Below, piece after piece: positions 1 to 8,218 of a DNA stretch of 27,073 bases; within the stretch, counting starts at the first letter, position 1; every line of letters starts with the position of its first letter. Origin of the DNA: Tolypothrix carrinoi HA7290-LM1 (lineage in GTDB: Bacteria; Cyanobacteriota; Cyanobacteriia; Cyanobacteriales; Nostocaceae); contig JAHHIK010000110.1 in NCBI GenBank assembly GCA_019358935.1, positions 1 through 27,073 of the forward strand. The letters are read 5' to 3'. The notes below the pieces were generated by a model. It saw only the letters and a program-made list of their open reading frames with translations. It was not told where the DNA came from and searched no databases. The translations under genes were made by a program, and so were the position numbers.

Positions 1-135
1 TTTGATTACGTGCTTTTCTACTCGACACATGATGATTATTTACAACTTGAAATTAATATACCACATTCGGGATATCTGAATATATTTGATGATTTTAGAC
101 TATATTTTGTTTAAAGTTTTACAATACCATTTATC

Positions 136-164
136 GTAGAGACGTTCCAGCGGAACGTCTCTAC
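136..164. repeat. GTAG-type REP-like palindrome, family A copy 1
   Basis: GTAGAGACGTTCC-AGC-GGAACGTCTCTAC, perfect 13-bp stem; related copies at 14447 and 15937. Confidence 0.85.
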
Positions 165-238
165 AATACGTTAAATTTATCGACGTAATTGCAAAAAGAT
201 GCCCTAAATATGCAATGCCCGATTTTCAATACAGTAAG

Positions 239-267
239 AAAAAAGCCCCTGTTTTTCAACAGAAGCC
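239..267 (-). terminator. Probable intrinsic terminator of psbDC
   Basis: Minus strand reads GGCTTCTGTT-GAAA-AACAGGGGCT followed by a T run, about 45 nt after the psbC stop. Confidence 0.7.
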
Positions 268-312
268 TTAAAACTATTGATTGTCAGTGATGAAAGTTAA
301 AAACTTTGCAAC

Positions 313-1701
313 CTAGTCAAGTGGTTTCATTGACATTACTGGTTCGTTTTCACGGTTGAGACCTTTCTCAAATCCACCTGATGCTGCACGAGCGCGACCG
401 GCGTGCCACAAGTGACCAACTAGGAAGAAGAAGCCCACGACAAAGTGGAAACATGCCAACCAAGCGCGAGGAGATACGTAGTTGAAGGAGTTGATCTCCG
501 TAGCCACACCACCCACAGAGTTCAAAGAACCCAGAGGAGCGTGAGTCATGTATTCAGCGGCACGACGAGCTTGCCAAGGCTGAATATCGTTCTTGATTTT
601 TTCCAAGTCAAGACCATTAGGACCGCGTAGAGGCTCCAACCAAGGACCGCGGAAATCCCAGAAGCGCATGGTTTCTCCACCGAAGATGATTTCACCAGTA
701 GGAGAGCGCATCAGGTATTTACCTAAGCCAGTAGGACCTTGTGCAGAACCGACGTTAGCACCCAAGCGTTGGTCACGAATCAAGAAGGTTAAAGCTTGAG
801 CTTGAGAAGCTTCAGGACCCGTAGGACCGTAGAATTCGCTGGGGTAAGCGGTGTTATTATACCAAACAAAGATCGAGGCGATGAATGCCATCAAGGACAC
901 AGCGCCAATACTGTAGGAGAGGTAAGCTTCACCAGACCAAATTAAGGCGCGACGTGCCCAAGCAAAAGGTTTGGTGAGAATGTGGAAAATACCGCCTGCA
1001 ATACAGATAAAGGCAACCCAAATGTGACCGCCAATGATATCTTCCATGTTATTGACGCTGACAATCCAGCCTTCGCCACCGAAGGGGGATTTAATCAAAT
1101 AACCGAAGATTGTGGCTGGGTTCAGTGTGGGGTTGGTAATGACGCGAACATCACCACCGCCTGGTGCCCAGGTGTCGTATACACCACCAAAGAACGTTGC
1201 CTTCAACACCAACAGAATCGCACCGCATCCTAAGATGATCAGGTGGAAGCCGATGATGTTGGTCATCTTGTTCTTATCTTTCCAGTCGTAACCAAAGAAA
1301 GAAGAATATTCTTCTAAGGTTTCTGGACCGCGAACGGCATGATATATACCGCCAAAACCTAGTACTGCTGAAGAAATCAGGTGTAGTACACCAACGACGA
1401 AGTAGGGGAACGTGTCGATAACTTCACCACCAGCACCAACACCCCAGCCCAAGGTAGCGATGTGAGGTAGCAAAATCAAGCCCTGCTCGTACATCGGCTT
1501 TTCGGGAATGAAGTGAGCGACTTCAAACAAAGTCATCGCTCCAGCCCAGAATACAATCAAGCCAGAATGGGCTACGTGAGCACCCAGCAGTTTGCCGGAT
1601 AAGTTGATTAGACGAGCGTTGCCAGACCACCAAGCGAATCCAGTGGATTCTTGGTCGCGTCCGCTGCCCATTACCGAAGGTCTATTAGAGAGCGTTACCA
1701 C
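313..1701 (-). CDS. psbC: Photosystem II CP43 reaction center protein
   Basis: Translation contains [25 protein letters not shown] and GGETMRFWD. Start placed at the GTG at 1701 (VVTLSN), overlapping the psbD 3' end by 17 bp as is usual for psbDC, rather than at the ORF-track start 1728. Confidence 0.98.
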   Translation of the reverse strand: MVTLSNRPSVMGSGRDQESTGFAWWSGNARLINLSGKLLGAHVAHSGLIVFWAGAMTLFEVAHFIPEKPMYEQGLILLPHIATLGWGVGAGGEVIDTFPYFVVGVLHLISSAVLGFGGIYHAVRGPETLEEYSSFFGYDWKDKNKMTNIIGFHLIILGCGAILLVLKATFFGGVYDTWAPGGGDVRVITNPTLNPATIFGYLIKSPFGGEGWIVSVNNMEDIIGGHIWVAFICIAGGIFHILTKPFAWARRALIWSGEAYLSYSIGAVSLMAFIASIFVWYNNTAYPSEFYGPTGPEASQAQALTFLIRDQRLGANVGSAQGPTGLGKYLMRSPTGEIIFGGETMRFWDFRGPWLEPLRGPNGLDLEKIKNDIQPWQARRAAEYMTHAPLGSLNSVGGVATEINSFNYVSPRAWLACFHFVVGFFFLVGHLWHAGRARAASGGFEKGLNRENEPVMSMKPLD

Positions 1702-2740
1702 GCGGTAGTACCTCTTCAGGGAATACAAATTGTTCGTGAGGTTGATCTTGAGGAGCCATCCAAGCGCGGATACCCTCGTTCAGCAAAATGTTTTTGGTAT
1801 AGAATGTTTCAAACTCTGGGTCTTCTGCCGCACGCAATTCTTGCGATACGAAGTCATAAGCCCGCAGGTTCAGCGCCAAACCAACAATTCCAATTGCTGC
1901 CATCCACAAGCCTGTTACCGGGACAAACAACATGAAGAAGTGCAGCCAACGCTTGTTGGAGAAAGCAATCCCGAATATCTGTGACCAGAAACGGTTTGCT
2001 GTCACCATTGAGTAGGTTTCTTCTGATTGAGTTGGGTTGAAGGCACGGAAGGTGTTTGCACCGTCGCCATCTTCAAACAAGGTATTTTCGACTGTTGCAC
2101 CGTGAATCGCGCAAAGTAATGCTCCACCCAATACACCTGCTACGCCCATCATGTGGAAGGGGTTGAGGGTGAAGTTATGGAAGCCTTGGATAAACAAGAT
2201 GAAGCGGAAAATTGCCGCAACGCCAAAGCTTGGAGCAAAGAACCAAGACGATTGACCCAAGGGGTACATCAAAAATACGCTGACGAATACAGCGATGGGG
2301 GCAGAAAATGCGATCGCATTGTAAGGACGAATCCCTACCAAGCGTGCGATTTCAAATTGCCGCAACATGAAGCCAATTAAAGCAAAGGCTCCGTGTAACG
2401 CCACAAATGTCCACAATCCACCCAATTGACACCAACGGGTAAAGTCGCCTTGTGCTTCTGGTCCCCACAGTAACAACAATGAGTGTCCCAAGCTATTTGC
2501 TGGGGTCGATACTGCCACTGTCAAGAAGTTACAGCCTTCCAGGTATGATGAGGCTAACCCGTGGGTGTACCACGAGGTGACGAATGTTGTACCGGTTAGC
2601 CAACCGCCTAATGCGAGGAAAGCGCAGGGGAATAATAATATCCCTGACCAACCTACGAACACGAAGCGATCGCGCTTCAACCAGTCGTCTAGTACGTCAA
2701 ACCACCCTCTACTGGGGGCGCGTCCTACTGCGATGGTCAT
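1685..2740 (-). CDS. psbD: Photosystem II D2 protein
   Basis: MTIAVGRAP...[16 protein letters not shown]...[10 protein letters not shown], 351 aa, operonic with psbC. Confidence 0.99.
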   Translation of the reverse strand: MTIAVGRAPSRGWFDVLDDWLKRDRFVFVGWSGILLFPCAFLALGGWLTGTTFVTSWYTHGLASSYLEGCNFLTVAVSTPANSLGHSLLLLWGPEAQGDFTRWCQLGGLWTFVALHGAFALIGFMLRQFEIARLVGIRPYNAIAFSAPIAVFVSVFLMYPLGQSSWFFAPSFGVAAIFRFILFIQGFHNFTLNPFHMMGVAGVLGGALLCAIHGATVENTLFEDGDGANTFRAFNPTQSEETYSMVTANRFWSQIFGIAFSNKRWLHFFMLFVPVTGLWMAAIGIVGLALNLRAYDFVSQELRAAEDPEFETFYTKNILLNEGIRAWMAPQDQPHEQFVFPEEVLPRGNAL

Positions 2741-3151
2741 TTCACTAAAATCCTCTTTTTTACTAAAATTGCGACGTTTTTGACGTTTTGAGGAATTAAC
2801 GTTTTTTTCACACTCTCACCAGCTTACATGCTGCTGAGATTCTGAGATGCCGACGAAAGAAAGCGCCATTTCTCAGTTGTGCCTTCATAATCACCACTTA
2901 CTGCTAAATTTAGCTTGTGGTAACTTAACGATTCTTAACTTATCACATTTTGCCCGGTTTGCGTCGATCCACGTTAGTAAATCAGGTATCAAACACGAGG
3001 CTCTTAATTAATATGAATATCAGAAATTTTACAATTTGACACAGGTTTTCTCAGAAATCTTAAAAGTTAAGTCTTGAAACTTCCTTGCAATACATCCTCC
3101 TGGAGTGGCAGACTTTTTTTAGGGAAGATATTACGCGAAGTAGGTAGTTCA

Positions 3152-3733
3152 ATGACGGCATCAACAACCATTAACAAAGGCGATCGCTCCGCTACAAACG
3201 TTCTGCATCAAAAAGTTCTCGGTTCTCGTCGGTTCAGCAACTACTTGTGGGCAACTATCGTTACCTTTGGGTCTACAGGCTTTTTGCTGGCAGCGATATC
3301 CAGTTACCTCAAAGTCAATTTACTCATAGTTAGCGATCCAACTCAACTGGTATTCGTCCCTCAAGGATTGGTAATGGGGTTATATTCCGTTGCTGGCTAT
3401 CTTTTAGCCTTATACCTGTGGTTAGTAATTTTATGGGATGTGGGAGGCGGATACAACGAGTTCGATCGCTCAACTGGCAAAATAAAAATTTTCCGCTGGG
3501 GATTTCCTGGTAAAAACCGCCGCATTGAGCTTGACTTTGCTACACTTGATGTGCAATCTGTTAGAGTCGATCTCAAAGAAGGTCTAAATCCACGTCGCGC
3601 TCTTTACCTGAGAGCTAAAGGTCGCCGAGACATTCCCCTAACACGGGTAGGTCAACCATTATCGCTAACAGAGTTAGAAGTTCAAGGCGCCGAGTTAGCC
3701 CGCTTTTTGCAAGTTCCGCTGGAAGGACTTTAA
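3152..3733 (+). CDS. ycf4: Photosystem I assembly protein Ycf4
   Basis: GSRRFSNY, FVPQGLVM, WDVGGGYNEF, FRWGFPGKNRRI motifs; ATG at 3152 preferred over the TTG at 3074. Confidence 0.96.
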   Translation: MTASTTINKGDRSATNVLHQKVLGSRRFSNYLWATIVTFGSTGFLLAAISSYLKVNLLIVSDPTQLVFVPQGLVMGLYSVAGYLLALYLWLVILWDVGGGYNEFDRSTGKIKIFRWGFPGKNRRIELDFATLDVQSVRVDLKEGLNPRRALYLRAKGRRDIPLTRVGQPLSLTELEVQGAELARFLQVPLEGL

Positions 3734-3737
3734 AGAA

Positions 3738-3932
3738 TTTTAGATTTTGGATTTTGCGCTCATGTTGAGCTAGTCGCTTGGGGAGGCACACCGTTGGGCG
3801 GGGATGCCGACAGCCGCGGTAGTGCCTGAGGGTTTCCCGACTTGGGCTTTCAGTCGCGCCCTCGCGCTCGGTTTCCTCCGTACAAAGCGCATTCAAGGGC
3901 GGATTTGGGATTAAATGTCAATCCAAAATCCA
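3738..3932. repeat. Composite intergenic repeat: ATTTTGG/CCAAAAT arms enclosing GC-rich hairpin mini-elements
   Basis: ATTTTAG/ATTTTGG heptamers on the left, ATCCAAAATCCAA on the right; 45-nt unit at 3783-3827; separate CGCCCT...AGGGCG hairpin at 3857-3901. Confidence 0.7.
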
Positions 3933-3981
3933 ACACCCTCTTAGGAATGAGCGCAAAAAACCTGCCAGTTCCTTGATATTC

Positions 3982-4009
3982 GTAGGGATAATTCATGAAT
4001 TATCCCTAC
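3982..4009. repeat. GTAG-type REP-like palindrome, family B copy 1
   Basis: GTAGGGATAATTCATGAATTATCCCTAC, perfect 28-bp palindrome, enclosed by a 13-bp inverted repeat (AATGAGCGCAAAA 3946-3958 / TTTTGCGCTCATT 4020-4032). Related copy at 16009. Confidence 0.85.
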
Positions 4010-4189
4010 TTACGATCTCTTTTGCGCTCATTTTGCCTCTAAAATGTTTCCAAAGAGCATTAACTATAATGTCCCCCACAACACTGGTGGTTTAAGATAG
4101 CATTTTGACGGGTATGCTTAGTACCTGTGTAGTCTTTCATTCCACTTGACATCCTCACCGGGAGTCATCGCCGGGCGTGATTCCAAAAA

Positions 4190-5461
4190 TCACTTCTTGG
4201 ATCTTTCTGCTTCATAGCAACTGCCATCAGACTTATGCCTATCCGGTCTTACGTTCGCTCCACAGACTTTCACCGCAAGCCCTGCGGCGAGTATGTTATG
4301 TGCTGCGTTGACATCCCGGTCATGGGTTGCGCCGCAGTTGGGGCAAGTCCATTCACGGATATTCAAAGGCAACTTTTCAACGATGTAACCACACCCTCCA
4401 CACCGCTTAGAACTCGGAAACCAGCGGTCAATCTTGACCAACGTGCGACCATACCAATCACACTTGTACTCCAGTTGCCTCACCAATTCACCCCAGCTTG
4501 CATCACTGATAGAGAGAGCGAGTTTCCGGTTCTTCACCCTTACGGGTTCGCCAGTCGCTTCAAGTCGGGAAACCCTCAGGCAGGTGCTACAACGGGGGGG
4601 ACCCCCGCAACGCACTGCCGGACCAACGCGCTGGCTCACCATGTTCTTCACAGCCAAGTCCTCAACGGCGATGGTTTGGTTTTCACGCACCAATCGAGTC
4701 GTCAACTTGTGAAGGAAATCTTTTCGAGCATCACTGATTTCTTGATACACTTTAGCTACTTTGAGACGGGCTTGATGGCGATTGTTAGACCCTTTTTGCT
4801 TGCGGCTCAAAGCCTTCTGAGCTTTCTTGAGTTTGGCGCATTTCGTTTTAAAGCCTTTGGGATTGGCAATCTTTTCACCCGTACTCAAAGCGACCAAGCT
4901 TGTCACACCCAAATCAACCCCAATTTCATGCGGAGATTTCGGCAATGGCTCAATCTCGATATCCACCAACAAAGAAACCGTCCATCTACCAGAGGGCGAG
5001 AGTTTCACCGTGATAGTAGATGGGCTTGCACATAAAGGCAGTTCTCGACTCCACCGAATGGGCAACGGCTCAGAACACTTAGCCAAGTAGACTTGACCGT
5101 CCTTGAACTTGAATGCCGACTTGGTAAACTCTGCACTACCGCCATTCCGTTTCTTTTTAAATGTTGGGTATTTAGCCCGTCCGTCAAAGAAGTTCGAGAA
5201 TGCTTTTTGAAGATGCCTCAATCCTTGTTGCAATGGAACGCAGCTAACTTCATTGAGAAAATCAAGGTCGTCTTGCTTTTTCCATTCAGTCAGCATTGCC
5301 GAAGTATCGCTGTAACTGACTCGTTTTTTCTCACCGTACCAGGCTTCAGTTCTGATAGCCAAAGCGCGGTTATAGACCAAACGAGTACAGCCCATCGTCC
5401 TCTTGAGCAAGTTTTCCTGCTCAGACGTTGGATAGAAACGGTACTTCAAGGCTTTTTGCAT
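4190..5461 (-). CDS. tnpB: RNA-guided endonuclease TnpB with a 34-aa in-frame insertion
   Basis: KALKYRFYPT N-terminus; RuvC motifs GVDLG, AVEDL, DRDVNAA; zinc finger CGGC/CPNC; extra segment SQRVGP...EPVRV between NMV and KNRKLA. Confidence 0.95.
   Translation of the reverse strand: MQKALKYRFYPTSEQENLLKRTMGCTRLVYNRALAIRTEAWYGEKKRVSYSDTSAMLTEWKKQDDLDFLNEVSCVPLQQGLRHLQKAFSNFFDGRAKYPTFKKKRNGGSAEFTKSAFKFKDGQVYLAKCSEPLPIRWSRELPLCASPSTITVKLSPSGRWTVSLLVDIEIEPLPKSPHEIGVDLGVTSLVALSTGEKIANPKGFKTKCAKLKKAQKALSRKQKGSNNRHQARLKVAKVYQEISDARKDFLHKLTTRLVRENQTIAVEDLAVKNMVSQRVGPAVRCGGPPRCSTCLRVSRLEATGEPVRVKNRKLALSISDASWGELVRQLEYKCDWYGRTLVKIDRWFPSSKRCGGCGYIVEKLPLNIREWTCPNCGATHDRDVNAAHNILAAGLAVKVCGANVRPDRHKSDGSCYEAERSKK
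4537..4638 (-). repeat. 57-nt structured mini-element with a nested 45-nt element (4578-4622), inside tnpB
   Basis: Removing 102 nt restores ATG GTG AAG AAC CGG AAA (MVKNRK). Stems GCCAG-CGC/GCG-A-CTGGC (outer) and GGCAG-TGC/GCA-C-CTGCC (inner). Confidence 0.88.
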
Positions 5462-5600
5462 ACCTCACATTATAGCAAATATTCTGTGAGATACGCCAAT
5501 TCTTTGTAAAGCCGTCCTGTAAGGACGGGGTTTCCACCCACAATTTCTGATGACCGAAGAAGTGGAATGGAAAACTAGCTGAAAATTTTTGTAAGTAACA

Positions 5601-6395
5601 ATGCGCTTAAAAATTCCACAGTTTTTACTTGCTCTGGTGATTGTCGGTGGATTGATGTTGGGGGGATGTTCAGGGCAGCAGTCTGCTTCTAATAACGCTT
5701 CCCCATCCTCAAATGCGACCTCAGCAGCTACAGAAGCAAGCACCAAGACAACTACAGAGGCTAGCTCTGTATCTCAAAATACAAATAGTGAGAGTATCCC
5801 CGGAATGAAAGATTTACCAAGACTCGAAGGTAAGGCTACTGTGGTGATGACCGTGAAAGGTTCGCCAATTACTATCGAAGTAGACGGCACAAACGCTCCA
5901 ATCACCGCTGGGAACTTCGTCGATTTGGTGCAACGGGGTGTTTATGATGGGTTATCTTTCCATAGAGTAGTGCGCGAACCACAACCGTTTGTGGCTCAAG
6001 GTGGCGATCCCAAAAGTAAAGACCCCAAGACACCAGCACAACTTTTGGGAACAGGTGGTTTTGTTGACCCAAAAACTGGAACTGAGCGCTCTATACCTTT
6101 AGAAATTAAGCCAAAAGGTGCCCAGCAGCCAGTATACAGCAAGACGATTACTGAAGCGCCTGTTTTGACACATAAACTTGGTGCGGTAGCAATGGCGCGA
6201 TCGCAACAACCAGACTCTGCTTCCTCCCAGTTTTATTTTGCACTTGCCGATCTCGCCTTTCTAGATGGTAACTACGCCGTATTTGGCAATGTCACCCAAG
6301 GAATGGATGTAGTTAACAAAATTCAGCAAGGCGATCGCATTGACTCTGCTAAAGTCACCCAAGGTGCAGAAAACTTGAAAAATGGCGGGAAGTAA
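5601..6395 (+). CDS. Cyclophilin-type peptidyl-prolyl cis-trans isomerase, probable lipoprotein
   Basis: [47 protein letters not shown]; signal peptide ending LGGC. Confidence 0.95.
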   Translation: MRLKIPQFLLALVIVGGLMLGGCSGQQSASNNASPSSNATSAATEASTKTTTEASSVSQNTNSESIPGMKDLPRLEGKATVVMTVKGSPITIEVDGTNAPITAGNFVDLVQRGVYDGLSFHRVVREPQPFVAQGGDPKSKDPKTPAQLLGTGGFVDPKTGTERSIPLEIKPKGAQQPVYSKTITEAPVLTHKLGAVAMARSQQPDSASSQFYFALADLAFLDGNYAVFGNVTQGMDVVNKIQQGDRIDSAKVTQGAENLKNGGK

Positions 6396-6398
6396 AGA

Positions 6399-6689
6399 TT
6401 GGGTAATGGAAAATGGGTAATGGGTAATGGTGAGCCAGCGCGGTCTTGGGGAGGCAGTGCGTTGGGCGGCTCTGCCGACTTGAAGCATCTGCCGTGGTCT
6501 CCCCCATGAGCGACTTCAGAACCCCGAAGGGGGGCATGGGTAATCGGTAATTGGTAATGGGAATGGGAATTGAACATTCACGCATTAGCAATAAAGTCAA
6601 ATCTATGATTTATGATTTATGATTTATGACTTATGCCCCATGCCCCATGCCCAATTACCAATTACCTTTTTCCCAATTACCAATTACCA
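6399..6689. repeat. STRR-type heptamer arrays in inverted arrangement with a nested 57+45-nt mini-element at 6431-6532
   Basis: TGGGTAA/TGGTAAT units on the left; TATGATT x4, ATGCCCC and CCAATTA units on the right; inner 45-nt unit at 6451-6495. Confidence 0.85.
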
Positions 6690-8006
6690 GTTGTCACTGG
6701 TATTGGTCTTGTTTCCGCTTTGGGTACAAACTTAGAGGATAGTTGGCAGCAGTTAATTGCTGGTAAATCTGGAATTAAATTACATCAACCATTTCCAGAT
6801 TTAGAACCACGTCCTCTAGGATTGATTGGTAAGCAACCAGTTGAGTTAAGAATGCTGACTCAGCTGGTTGTTGCTTCAGCGTTGAAAGATGCTCTTTTAG
6901 TTCCACCTTTGCCTGATTGTGGCGTTGTCATCGGCTCAAGTCGCAGTCATCAAGCTTCCTGGGAAGAGATGGCAAGAGAGACTTGGGCGACGGGCGTAGG
7001 GGACAAGGGGGACAAGGGGAGGACACTTCCGTGCGGGGGTGGAGGAGTAAGGAACGTGTCCGTGGACAAGGAGGACAAGGAGACAAGGAGACAAGGAGAA
7101 TTTTTGAATAATACTCCCCAAGTCGTCCCCCCCTCCCCAAGTCGTCCCCCCCTCTCCCCATCCCCCCATCCCCCCCTCCCCCCCTCCCCCCCTCCTCTTT
7201 CTTGGTTGGATACTTTGCCGCATATGAACGCTTTAGCCGCAGCGCGACAAATCGGGGCAACAGGGATAGTTTTAGCACCGATGGCTGCATGTGCTACAGG
7301 AATTTGGGCGATCGCTCAAGCAGTTTTACTCATCCAAAGTGGGCAATGTCAGCGAGTAATTGCCGGCGCAGTCGAAGCACCGATTACACCACTAACCATA
7401 ACTGGCTTTCAGCAAATGGGTGCAAGCGCGAAAACAGGGGCTTATCCGTTTGATAAACACCGTGAAGGCTTGGTTTTAGGCGAAGGTGCCGCTGTGTTTG
7501 TCTTGGAATCAGCAGAGTTAGCAAAACAGCGTCAAGCAAAAATATATGGTCAAATTCTCGGTTTTGGCTTGACAGCGGATGCATATCATGCTTACGAGCT
7601 AGAGCCTGAGGGAAGAAGTGCGATCGCTTGTGTAAAGCAATGTTTAGAACGCAGTCACTTAACCTTCTCGGATATTGATTACATTCATGCTCACGGTACG
7701 GGTACTCAGATGAATGACCGAATAGAGAGTATGGTGATACAGCGGTTATTTCCTCACCAGGTGGCAATTAGTTCGACGAAAGGCGCTACAGGTCATACAT
7801 TGGGAGCATCGGGAGCTTTGGGTGTGGCTTTTTCGCTTCTGGCATTAAAGAATCAAATTTTACCGCCTTGTGTAGGGTTGAAAGAGGCTGAATTTGATTT
7901 AGATTTCGTAACGACAGCGCGTGAAGCTGAAATTCGGCAAGTGTTATGTTTGAGTTTCGGGTTTGGCGGACAGAATGCGGCGATCGCCTTGGCTAAAGAA
8001 TCTTAA
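6633..8006 (+). CDS. Beta-ketoacyl-ACP synthase (FabF-like) with a repeat-derived in-frame low-complexity insertion
   Basis: VVTGIGLVSALG; catalytic motifs AACATG, HAHGTGT, GHTLGA; SFGFGGQNA. Start is uncertain because the N-terminus is encoded by repeats. Confidence 0.9.
   Translation: MPHAPCPITNYLFPNYQLPVVTGIGLVSALGTNLEDSWQQLIAGKSGIKLHQPFPDLEPRPLGLIGKQPVELRMLTQLVVASALKDALLVPPLPDCGVVIGSSRSHQASWEEMARETWATGVGDKGDKGRTLPCGGGGVRNVSVDKEDKETRRQGEFLNNTPQVVPPSPSRPPLSPSPHPPLPPSPPPLSWLDTLPHMNALAAARQIGATGIVLAPMAACATGIWAIAQAVLLIQSGQCQRVIAGAVEAPITPLTITGFQQMGASAKTGAYPFDKHREGLVLGEGAAVFVLESAELAKQRQAKIYGQILGFGLTADAYHAYELEPEGRSAIACVKQCLERSHLTFSDIDYIHAHGTGTQMNDRIESMVIQRLFPHQVAISSTKGATGHTLGASGALGVAFSLLALKNQILPPCVGLKEAEFDLDFVTTAREAEIRQVLCLSFGFGGQNAAIALAKES
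6997..7196. repeat. Intragenic repeat block: GGACAAG arm, AT-rich core, C-rich arm; 45-nt mini-element at 7019-7063
   Basis: GGGGACAAG/GGAGACAA units, CCCCAAGTCGTCCCCCCCT x2, TCCCCCCC units. Removing 7019-7063 restores the 9-mer repeat register. Outer limits approximate. Confidence 0.85.
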
Positions 8007-8218
8007 GATTCACCCAAAAGTCGCACAGTCAAGCGAAGTCCAATTGCATTTCGATTGAGATTGGCTACTTCATAAGCGGCTAAATCTGGTGCATGGATAT
8101 CGATATCCTGCGATTGGGCATCCTATAAGGTTTCAACATCTTCCTTTGAAGCTTACGCCCAACGTGCGAAAATCGATATCATAATAAAAGTCGATAAAAC
8201 TTAAAATTTATTTACCAA

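Larger units (their letters stand above)
4146..5549 (-). mobile_element. IS200/IS605-family element, tnpB-only (IS1341-like), copy A
   Basis: Minus strand: target TCAT (5553-5550), left end with hairpin CCGTCCTTACAGGACGG, tnpB, right end GAAT...GATGTCAA ending at 4146. No tnpA and no target-site duplication. Confidence 0.9.

Noticed and set aside
313..2740. Far-red light (FaRLiP) photosystem cluster
   Set aside because: Neighbours are ycf4 and cyclophilin; no rfp, apc or chlF genes appear in the window.
4537..4638. Mini-elements as group II intron remnants (GAGCC start, bulged base near the 3' end)
   Set aside because: No recognisable domain V match, the bulged base varies (A, T, C), and no reverse transcriptase is present. 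The resemblance is superficial.
4235..5509. Plus-strand ORFs over tnpB (266 aa, 138 aa) as tnpA
   Set aside because: Antisense shadows with no HUH/Y1 or serine-recombinase motifs.
6261..6600. Short ORFs 6261-6488, 6323-6577, 6355-6600 (also 3615-3896 and 11750-12001)
   Set aside because: Translations of repeat DNA with no protein-family features.
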